Part shown: one piece after another, positions 18,073 through 24,531 of the stretch
How the letters are laid out: the number at the start of each line of letters is the position of its first letter
Position numbering within the stretch: the first letter of the stretch is position 1
Source of the DNA: a virus
Taxonomy: Duplodnaviria; Caudoviricetes
Virus record (IMG/VR): IMGVR_UViG_3300030708_002931
Location: 1-24,531 of that record
DNA length: 24,531 nucleotides
Reading direction: 5' to 3' (one strand)
Translations under genes and position numbers: made by a program
The notes under the pieces: generated by a model
The model's input: the letters and a program-made list of their open reading frames with translations, nothing else
Database searches by the model: none
Told to the model about the DNA's origin: nothing

Positions 18073-20430
18073 TTATCCTATTTGTCCATCATCATCACCA
18101 AGTAAACCAAAAGAACCTATTTCTACGGCTGCTTGGAAAAATGATCCATCATTGTCAATAATTCCTGAATCGCCCCATGGATGATCTTTTGGTAATATAC
18201 CTTTGTTTGTATTCCATGTATTATTTTTATTTGGTCCTAATACTCCATCTTGCCATTTTTTATCTAATCCATGCCACCTATTACTACTACCAGGCTTCAA
18301 TCCACCAAATGGTCCTTTTGCTGCTTTATCAGGAGCATATTCAAAATGCCATTCTTCTGTTGATACTGTTCTTACAAAACCAAACTTATAAGTATTTGCA
18401 ATCAACCAAGCATATACTCCATCGGTATCTGTTGTTGATGTTCTTTTAAGTTTTTTTGGTTTTTTAACAGTCATCCATGAATCATGATTTCTATCTCTAC
18501 CATCTTTATAATTAATATCAATTGCAGTTCCGTTTTGGTGTCTACTGTATCCTGGTATTGCAACGTATGGTTTGAATTTTGATGACCTTGCTCTCCATAA
18601 TGGACTTGATCTATCTTTTTTATTTGCTTCGGTTGCCCAGCTTCTGTTTATTGCACATGCATATCTACAATTCAATTGACCTGATGCTAATTTTTTACCT
18701 GTAGTTGGATGGTTAATTTGATGTATACCTCTAAACCCACTATTCAATGTAAGATATACTCCATCTGCTTCCGCTGCTTGAAATAGTTGTAAAATGATAC
18801 ATGAGTATTGTTCAAGTACTGGCCATTTTTGTATCATTCGCAATCTATCAGTACCCATCACTTTTCCACGAGTAGGAGATCCTTTTGCAGTATCAAAATA
18901 TTCTACTGTTAAATCAATCAATGTAAGTTTTGAACAATCTTCAGGAACTGGTTCTGTTACGTTAGGATTGATTACTGGTTCTATAGGTCCACTTACACCG
19001 TTACAATCCCATGATGGTACTGGATTACCATTTGAATCATTATATGTTGGTGAATCTGCTTGCCTAATAACATTATCAATTGCATCAAATGTTGGACTAG
19101 CAACTGATATAGGAAGTTTTTGTCCTGATGTTAAATATACTGATGCATGGTCTCCGTTTATATCTTCTACCACAAAATTATTAGAAGCTCCTCCTCCTGC
19201 ATTAGTAGATTGACCATTTCTAATTACTGTGATTGGTGAACCTTCTGGTGCATCTCCTTTTTCCCATGGTTGCGGTTGTATATATAATTCTGGATCTTTA
19301 GGTGTTGTTTGTGAACCAAATCTAATACTTTGTCCCATTCTTCCTTGTAGCAAAAAGTCTCCTTCATATGGTTGCAAATTTCCAATATTACCTTTTTCTA
19401 CAAAATCAAGTCCAGGAGGTGTTGTTAATTTATTTTGGTTTCTTCCACCTCCTCCTCCACCTCCTTGTTTACTAGTATTTGGATTAGGATTACGACCAGC
19501 TATTTCAGCTTCACGCTGAGCTTGTTCATCTGCCTTTGCTTGTTGCTGTTCAGGTACTAAACCTAAATATCCTGTTATAGTATCTATATCTCCTTCTGAT
19601 TCAACAAAATCTCCTACAAATCCTCTTTCAACTAATTGTTCTTTAAATCGTTCAATCTTCTTTTCATACTTATCAATTTGATCTTCAACTCTATCTTCAG
19701 CTTCTGATTCAGAATTAGCATTATAATATACTCGTTGATATGTAGGACTTTCAGGATTATTCATGTCAAGAATTTTTTGTTCTAATTCTTGAAACTCAGC
19801 AATGTCTTTATCACTTAATTCGCCTTTTGAATAATCAGGAAAATCATTAATAGTCCTTGCCGAACTATTGATACTACTATTTGCAGGCGTTTTATTAACA
19901 ACTGATGGATTACCTGATTCAGTATTAACATATGCTTCCGATTTTTTCTTTTGCTGACCATCTTGTATAGTTTGATTACTACCTCCAATACCACCTGCAT
20001 TAGCACCTGGATTCATATTTGCTTCAACATTACCTCTTATTGATATAGGCGGAAGATAAAACCATTCAGTATCAAATCCTACGCCAGTTTTTTTATCACC
20101 AGTCTTTGTATCTGGTGGAGAAGATCCCATACCTGCACCTGGGCCTTGATACATTATAACATGTTCGCCAACTAATGGAATTCTTGTAAAGTTCATTGAT
20201 GATGGATATGCGGTAATTGTATCACCAGATAATCCACCTGGTATTCCGCCTTGTCCAGAATTCATTGTAACTTCAATTTCGCCACGATATTTTGCATCTG
20301 CAATATTCTGACCTACAGCTTTTCCTTCAGCGTTACGTTTTTTCTTTTCTTCTTTTTCTGTCTTTTGATTGAATGCATTTGCTGTGCTAACAACTTCTCC
20401 AAAGCCCCATGCTATACCCGTTTGACTCAT
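18073..20430 (-). CDS. Baseplate hub (gp5-like N-terminal part) fused to an M15/VanY-like zinc peptidoglycan peptidase
   Basis: OB-fold-like AYP....RIPLVGEHV and LQPYEGDFLLQGRMGQSIRFGS. Peptidase motifs LNSGFR, PGYSRHQNGTAID (SxHxxGxAxD, 18517-18546), WL..N..KFGF and EEWH (18346-18357). Confidence 0.8.
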   Translation of the reverse strand: MSQTGIAWGFGEVVSTANAFNQKTEKEEKKKRNAEGKAVGQNIADAKYRGEIEVTMNSGQGGIPGGLSGDTITAYPSSMNFTRIPLVGEHVIMYQGPGAGMGSSPPDTKTGDKKTGVGFDTEWFYLPPISIRGNVEANMNPGANAGGIGGSNQTIQDGQQKKKSEAYVNTESGNPSVVNKTPANSSINSSARTINDFPDYSKGELSDKDIAEFQELEQKILDMNNPESPTYQRVYYNANSESEAEDRVEDQIDKYEKKIERFKEQLVERGFVGDFVESEGDIDTITGYLGLVPEQQQAKADEQAQREAEIAGRNPNPNTSKQGGGGGGGRNQNKLTTPPGLDFVEKGNIGNLQPYEGDFLLQGRMGQSIRFGSQTTPKDPELYIQPQPWEKGDAPEGSPITVIRNGQSTNAGGGASNNFVVEDINGDHASVYLTSGQKLPISVASPTFDAIDNVIRQADSPTYNDSNGNPVPSWDCNGVSGPIEPVINPNVTEPVPEDCSKLTLIDLTVEYFDTAKGSPTRGKVMGTDRLRMIQKWPVLEQYSCIILQLFQAAEADGVYLTLNSGFRGIHQINHPTTGKKLASGQLNCRYACAINRSWATEANKKDRSSPLWRARSSKFKPYVAIPGYSRHQNGTAIDINYKDGRDRNHDSWMTVKKPKKLKRTSTTDTDGVYAWLIANTYKFGFVRTVSTEEWHFEYAPDKAAKGPFGGLKPGSSNRWHGLDKKWQDGVLGPNKNNTWNTNKGILPKDHPWGDSGIIDNDGSFFQAAVEIGSFGLLGDDDGQIG

Positions 20431-20804
20431 TTAGTACCTCCTAAATTTATTTCATCTTGTTCTTTATGAATAGCATCTAATTCTTCTTGAGCGGTTTGTA
20501 ATAATCTTGCTTTTTCTTCTTCTGACATTCCATATTCATCGCCGCTATCTTTTAACGCATTACCAACTAATCGTTGAACTACGGCAGCTAGTTTAACTAA
20601 ATGCTCGTCATTCTTAACTGATACGTCTAAGTATTCTTTTATTAATGGAACTATTACTGTTGCATCACCAATATTTTTAATTAAAGGCTGTAGTTCTTGA
20701 ATTAATGTATTTATTTGTCTATCTTTCTTTTTGGAATTATGATAGATATCTTTCATTAAATCAGAAAATGTAGTTCCTTTGAATAACTCAAATTCATCAT
20801 GCAT
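20427..20804 (-). CDS. Hypothetical helical protein, first gene of the late module
   Basis: 125-aa ORF with AAAGGAG ribosome-binding site, a promoter motif, and an ATGA overlap with the hub gene. Confidence 0.8.
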   Translation of the reverse strand: MHDEFELFKGTTFSDLMKDIYHNSKKKDRQINTLIQELQPLIKNIGDATVIVPLIKEYLDVSVKNDEHLVKLAAVVQRLVGNALKDSGDEYGMSEEEKARLLQTAQEELDAIHKEQDEINLGGTK

Positions 20805-20820
20805 AGTAATACTCCTTTAA

Positions 20821-20829
20821 AATAAATAT
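20821..20829 (-). promoter_or_regulatory. Putative phage late promoter motif ATATTTATT at the head of the baseplate operon
   Basis: Begins 7 nt after the stop of the sigma-like gene, about 17 nt upstream of the ATG at 20804. Confidence 0.65.
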
Positions 20830-20835
20830 GTACAA

Positions 20836-21639
20836 CTATGATTTATGGGTGCCTATAAACCCTTTTTGTGAATATCTTAAAAACATATCACCATAATGTT
20901 TTTTCATGATATTAACAACCTTAGTAATATTTTGAGTTTTTAATCCGGTACGCTCTCTAATTAAAATATAAAGAGCTTTTTTATTAAAGTTTTCTATGTT
21001 TTCACGTATTTTAAACAACTCTAATAAAGTATCTGCAACAATGATATCTCTTTTATTAGTAAATATATTGCTAAGATTTCTAGAATAATAATCGACAAAT
21101 TGATTTGTAAAGTCTCGCAATGATTCTTGATAATCTGAATATACCATTTCTCCTCCTAAGTCTCTACTATCATCAATAACAGTTATATCTGTTCTTGCTT
21201 TCATTTTTGCATAATTAGCATTATTGGCTATGATAAGATAATTTTTAGCTATAATACTAAAATATGAGAATGCTTTACCTTTTTCAGAATTATATTTATG
21301 AATCTTTTCATTGAGAAATGCAACTACTTCACATTTTACATCTTCATACGGAACATCAAAATAATAAAACTTAAATGTATGAATAATATTTTCAGCTAAT
21401 TTATTAAACGCATAATGTATATGTTCTTTATATATTTTATTACGCTTCATATAATCTTCTTCTTGATTATATGCATTTATAGCCTGATCTGTTATATATG
21501 TAAAATATTGTTTTTTAGTTGGCTTTCTACCACGCTTTTTTTTCTTTGGAAGTTTAGCTTCTTCTTCTAAACGTAATTTATCTTCTTCTAACCAAATATA
21601 AAATTTATCTACTGCTGATAATTTTTCTTGTATATTCAT
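20836..21639 (-). CDS. Phage RNA polymerase sigma-factor-like protein (probable late sigma)
   Basis: YFT...AI..YN...F.KLAENII...YEDVKCEVVAFLNEKIHKYNSEKGKAFSYFSIIAKNYL resembles sigma region 2, with a C-terminal HTH-like IRERTGLKTQNITKVV. Start placed at ATG 21639 (GGAG upstream) rather than GTG 21651. Confidence 0.72.
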   Translation of the reverse strand: MNIQEKLSAVDKFYIWLEEDKLRLEEEAKLPKKKKRGRKPTKKQYFTYITDQAINAYNQEEDYMKRNKIYKEHIHYAFNKLAENIIHTFKFYYFDVPYEDVKCEVVAFLNEKIHKYNSEKGKAFSYFSIIAKNYLIIANNANYAKMKARTDITVIDDSRDLGGEMVYSDYQESLRDFTNQFVDYYSRNLSNIFTNKRDIIVADTLLELFKIRENIENFNKKALYILIRERTGLKTQNITKVVNIMKKHYGDMFLRYSQKGFIGTHKS

Positions 21640-21640
21640 A

Positions 21641-21925
21641 TTACACTCCACGATTTAGGTCATCAATAACTTCTTTGATAAGTTTAAATGATGCGCCTAC
21701 TTCGTCTGATGCTTCAAATGCTCCCATTCTATCTGCATTTCTAATTTCAGAGTTGGCTTGATTGACTTTAGTTTTTAATCCTTGAAAATATTCATAGTAA
21801 TTTAAATTAGACTGCTCTAAATCTTCTATATAATCAGATTGAGCTTCTTGTTTTCGTAATTGATTTATATTAACAAATACTGAACCAATTAATAATACCG
21901 ATAATATAATAATTGTTGTTATCAT
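21641..21925 (-). CDS. Small protein with an N-terminal transmembrane helix and coiled coil
   Basis: IIILSVLLIGSVFV hydrophobic stretch followed by a heptad-rich region. GGAG ribosome-binding site and ATGA overlap. Confidence 0.75.
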   Translation of the reverse strand: MITTIIILSVLLIGSVFVNINQLRKQEAQSDYIEDLEQSNLNYYEYFQGLKTKVNQANSEIRNADRMGAFEASDEVGASFKLIKEVIDDLNRGV

Positions 21926-22719
21926 TTTTTATCTCCAAATAAATCATCAAACATTTTCATCGCTGCTCCAGCTTCACCTTTAGAAGCTATTGCTCCTAAT
22001 TTTTGCATCTTAGCAGATTTGCTGTAAGTATTTTTTGCTGGTGCGGACTTAAATGATGTTGATGTTGATTTTGTTTTTGCCCACATTTCATATTCTATTC
22101 TTGCTGCCATACAATCTGCTTGATGCATAACAAAACCTAAATTAGTTTTTAATTTTGAATCAGCTGTTCTTGACATGAAATAAGGTTTATTATTTTCATC
22201 ATATAATCCATCTGTTAATTTTATACCTAACATTTCATTCCAAGTTATGCTAATACCATAATGTTGTAACAACCAAATAGATAAATCATTTACTAATGTA
22301 AATTGATTATTAGGATTCACTTTATACATTCTTCCCATATTTTTTCTATGCCATTCTGAATCGTTAGGAATATATGTTTCATTACCTTCGCCAGGAAATC
22401 CCATTTTACCTATATCATGATTTAATGCAACAAAGATTAATTCTTCTTCATTATATCCAGACATATCTGCTCCCATTTCAGTCCATAACGCATATACTTT
22501 CTTTGCACATTTAATAACTCTTAAAACATGATCTACATAACCACCTTCAAATGCATTATGATAATGATCAATACTTGAAGCAGGCTGCATTGACATCCTA
22601 TCTTCTAAGTCTGTATACATTGCTAAAAGTTTTTCTTTTCGTTCACCATTAAAATTATCTTCAATAACTTTAATAAGCTCATTCCAATTTTCTACTATTT
22701 GTTCTGCTGTTAATTTCAT
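21922..22719 (-). CDS. HD-domain metal-dependent phosphohydrolase (YhaM-like HD domain)
   Basis: PAS...YHNAFEGGYVDHVLRV, ALNHDIGKMG and MHQAD motifs. Confidence 0.88.
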   Translation of the reverse strand: MKLTAEQIVENWNELIKVIEDNFNGERKEKLLAMYTDLEDRMSMQPASSIDHYHNAFEGGYVDHVLRVIKCAKKVYALWTEMGADMSGYNEEELIFVALNHDIGKMGFPGEGNETYIPNDSEWHRKNMGRMYKVNPNNQFTLVNDLSIWLLQHYGISITWNEMLGIKLTDGLYDENNKPYFMSRTADSKLKTNLGFVMHQADCMAARIEYEMWAKTKSTSTSFKSAPAKNTYSKSAKMQKLGAIASKGEAGAAMKMFDDLFGDKK

Positions 22720-22725
22720 ATTTTA

Positions 22726-23028
22726 TTATCTTGATGATACCATTACTATTTCTGATTCTCTAACTAGAATATATCTTTCATCTTCAAATGTAATTTCATT
22801 TCCATTCTTACCAGACAATAATCTTGCTGGTGCGATAACTGTATCGCCTGATCTACATGTCATTGAAATTCTATCTCCTGTTTGAGTAAATATACCAGGA
22901 CCTACTGCAATAACTTCTGCATATCCATATACATCTTCATTTGAAGACATTATGATACCTGATTTAGTTTTATTTTCATTTTCTTTTCTTTTTAATAAAA
23001 GATGGTCTCCCATTGGTTTCATTTTCAT
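22726..23028 (-). CDS. groES: Co-chaperonin GroES (Cpn10)
   Basis: MKPMGDHLLLK, mobile loop KTKSGIIM, AEVIAVGPG, GDTV, YILVRESEI. AAGGAG ribosome-binding site. Confidence 0.92.
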   Translation of the reverse strand: MKMKPMGDHLLLKRKENENKTKSGIIMSSNEDVYGYAEVIAVGPGIFTQTGDRISMTCRSGDTVIAPARLLSGKNGNEITFEDERYILVRESEIVMVSSR

Positions 23029-23040
23029 AACTAGTTCTCC

Positions 23041-23679
23041 TTAAATTATTTGATCAATAACTCCTATATCTAATGCTTGTTCTGCTGTTAAAAACATATC
23101 TGATCTCATATTATCTTTCCACCAAATAGCATCTTTTTTTGTTTTCTTAGCTAGGAGTTCGTATATATCTTGTTCTACTTTTTTTACAAATTCAACTGTT
23201 GCTGTAACATCAGTTAATTTACCTGATATCATTGATGATGCTTGATGAAACATAATTGTAGAATTTTTACTTGCCATTCGTACACCAGTACCGCATGTAA
23301 GAATAATAGAAGCGGCAGAAAATGCTCTACCTCTACAAATTGTATTTGTTTTTACATCTAATGATTCTATATAATCAACGATGCCCATCATTTCATGAAT
23401 ATCACCGCCAGGTGAATTGATCATTAAATTTAAAGGATCTGTTTGATTACCTTTAAATTCTTTACCTGTACGATAATTTAATATATGCCTTATTCTCATC
23501 ATTAAATCAAACAACGTATGTCCTTCTATCTCATCATTAAGATATAAGACACCTTCTTCAATTTCAATTTGATTTGCAATTATGTCATTGAGTTTTGTAT
23601 ATGGAGATTCCTCCATTAATGGTTGTTGCATAATTTCTTGTTTGATTGGCTTTGGTCTTTCGTCGTATAAATCACTCAT
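23041..23679 (-). CDS. clpP: ClpP-family (S14) serine protease subunit
   Basis: INSPGGD, catalytic Ser in GRAFSAAS, His in MFHQ, Asp in DMFLTAEQALDIGVIDQI; the triad appears intact. Confidence 0.92.
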   Translation of the reverse strand: MSDLYDERPKPIKQEIMQQPLMEESPYTKLNDIIANQIEIEEGVLYLNDEIEGHTLFDLMMRIRHILNYRTGKEFKGNQTDPLNLMINSPGGDIHEMMGIVDYIESLDVKTNTICRGRAFSAASIILTCGTGVRMASKNSTIMFHQASSMISGKLTDVTATVEFVKKVEQDIYELLAKKTKKDAIWWKDNMRSDMFLTAEQALDIGVIDQII

Positions 23680-23685
23680 AATACT

Positions 23686-23717
23686 TTAATATAATAACTT
23701 TTTTTCAAAATAACAAA
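23686..23717 (-). promoter_or_regulatory. Putative host-sigma (early/middle) promoter TTTG-N20-TATATTAA upstream of clpP
   Basis: TTTG at 23717-23714 and TATATT at 23693-23688; also reads as TTGTTA-N17-TATATT. Only 8 nt separate TATATT from the ATG and there is no Shine-Dalgarno. Confidence 0.5.
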
Positions 23718-23721
23718 TAAT

Positions 23722-24243
23722 CTATAACTTTTTTAATTGACGTTCTAGCTTTCTCATTTGTACATTTCCTGCTCGAACATCTTTTTTAAATTTGGCAGTT
23801 TTAAGTTTGCCTCTAACCATATTCATTTGTTGAAGTATTTGAGTCCTTAATTCTTGCTTCTCGCGTTTAGTTAATTTTTTCTTTTCAGGTTTTGGTTCTG
23901 TTGGTTTAAGAGTTCCTTTTAGTTTAGGTTGTTCAACTCCTTTATGAAATACGTTTCCTTCTTTATCAACAAATTCTTTCATAAACTGCCAACCTCTTAA
24001 TCTGCCAGATGATTTATATCCACCTTTAATATCAGGAGGTCCAACTGTCTTATTAACGCATGCATGACATAACACAGCCGTAGTATTTGGTCCTACTTCC
24101 ACCCAATTATTACATCTTGAAAATTTTGATAATATTTGCCATCCCCAATATGATTTATCTTCTATACTGTTTCTGCAAATCATATAACGACGACCGTTAC
24201 GAGTTTTTGTTTTAAATTTTATAACTTCTTTTTTCTTTGCCAT
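23722..24243 (-). CDS. Basic protein with a putative Cys4 zinc ribbon and C-terminal coiled coil
   Basis: Four Cys (ICRN...SRCNN...LCHACV), the segment RGWQFMKEFVDKEGNVFHKGVEQ, and a Lys/Arg-rich helical tail. Confidence 0.65.
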   Translation of the reverse strand: MAKKKEVIKFKTKTRNGRRYMICRNSIEDKSYWGWQILSKFSRCNNWVEVGPNTTAVLCHACVNKTVGPPDIKGGYKSSGRLRGWQFMKEFVDKEGNVFHKGVEQPKLKGTLKPTEPKPEKKKLTKREKQELRTQILQQMNMVRGKLKTAKFKKDVRAGNVQMRKLERQLKKL

Positions 24244-24245
24244 AC

Positions 24246-24530
24246 TTATAAGTTTTTCTTTTTTGGTGGATTTGGTTTTCTACCATATCCATCAGGTTTT
24301 GTAACTGATTTTTCTTTGTAAATATCTTCTTTAGGAAGATCTTCTTTTGGTGTAGCTAATATTTCTTCATTCTTTTTAATCATCTCTTCTTGATCTAATT
24401 CTTCCATGATTACTTCTTTAGGAATAATAGGTTGAGGTGAATAATGTGGTGAAGGAACTTCTTCTTTTGGTTTGATTTGAGCAAATGCAAAATTGGCAGC
24501 AACTACCAATGCAATTGCAAGCGGATCAAA
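24246..24530 (-). CDS. C-terminal part of a membrane protein, truncated by the window edge
   Basis: The frame stays open to the window end and reads FDPLAIALVVAANFAFAQ (hydrophobic helix), followed by a charged, Pro-rich tail. Confidence 0.75.
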   Translation of the reverse strand, partial: FDPLAIALVVAANFAFAQIKPKEEVPSPHYSPQPIIPKEVIMEELDQEEMIKKNEEILATPKEDLPKEDIYKEKSVTKPDGYGRKPNPPKKKNL

Positions 24531-24531
24531 T

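Larger units (their letters stand above)
1..24531 (-). mobile_element. Segment of a large myovirus-like bacteriophage genome (baseplate/tail module plus chaperone/protease/sigma block)
   Basis: Dense single-strand gene packing with gp25-, gp6- and gp5-like baseplate genes, phage-type PhoH, stand-alone GroES and ClpP, and a sigma-like gene. No cellular housekeeping context and no integrase or att site seen. Confidence 0.95.

Noticed and set aside
3717-20006. Short alternative-frame minus-strand ORFs (3717-3923, 9441-9686, 19815-20006)
   Set aside because: Nested out of frame in larger genes, with the Leu/Gln/Ile-rich composition typical of shifted frames and no supporting signals.
18073-20430. 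vanY vancomycin-resistance gene
   Set aside because: The M15 domain is fused to a baseplate hub in a tail operon with no van cluster context.
6882-20469. Plus-strand ORFs in the track (e.g. 7745-8188, 14563-14895, 18794-19213, 19229-19519)
   Set aside because: All are antisense shadows of long minus-strand genes with recognisable motifs. They have no ribosome-binding sites or domain features.
10738-23724. Stop-codon reassignment or read-through (TAG at 10745, 16246, 20836, 23722; TGA at 20427, 21922)
   Set aside because: Genes are full length under code 11, these stops abut or overlap the next start, and the downstream genes checked are out of frame.
1-24531. Bacterial T6SS, eCIS or tailocin locus
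   Set aside because: No TssJLM, ClpV or Afp15-type ATPase seen. Phage-type sigma, PhoH, solitary GroES and the gene packing fit a lytic phage.

Overview
A 24.5 kb, AT-rich piece of a large contractile-tailed (myovirus-type) dsDNA phage genome. All credible genes lie head-to-tail on the minus strand and use standard genetic code 11. In transcription order (right to left), a non-structural block comes first: membrane protein (partial), Cys4 Zn-ribbon protein, ClpP, GroES, HD-domain hydrolase, small membrane protein and a phage sigma-factor-like protein. A baseplate/tail module follows: conserved hypothetical, gp5-like hub with an M15 zinc peptidase, a separately encoded spike C-terminal half, a small putative virion protein, gp25-like, gp6/baseplate-J-like wedge, DNRLRE-type protein, beta/gamma-crystallin-domain protein, a 2001-aa wedge protein with LamG domains, and three tail-collar-fibre-related proteins. 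PhoH and the start of one more gene close the window. Notable points: (1) a recurring ATATTTAT[A/T] motif precedes late genes and first appears directly after the sigma gene, and one copy is built into a terminator hairpin; (2) [S/T]-[G/A/S]-S tripeptides are strongly enriched in just four baseplate proteins; (3) the gp5-like gene and the tail-collar domain both appear split over separate genes. All family calls come from motif recognition by eye; no database search was run. I saw no tRNA, rRNA, CRISPR array, integrase or transposase.
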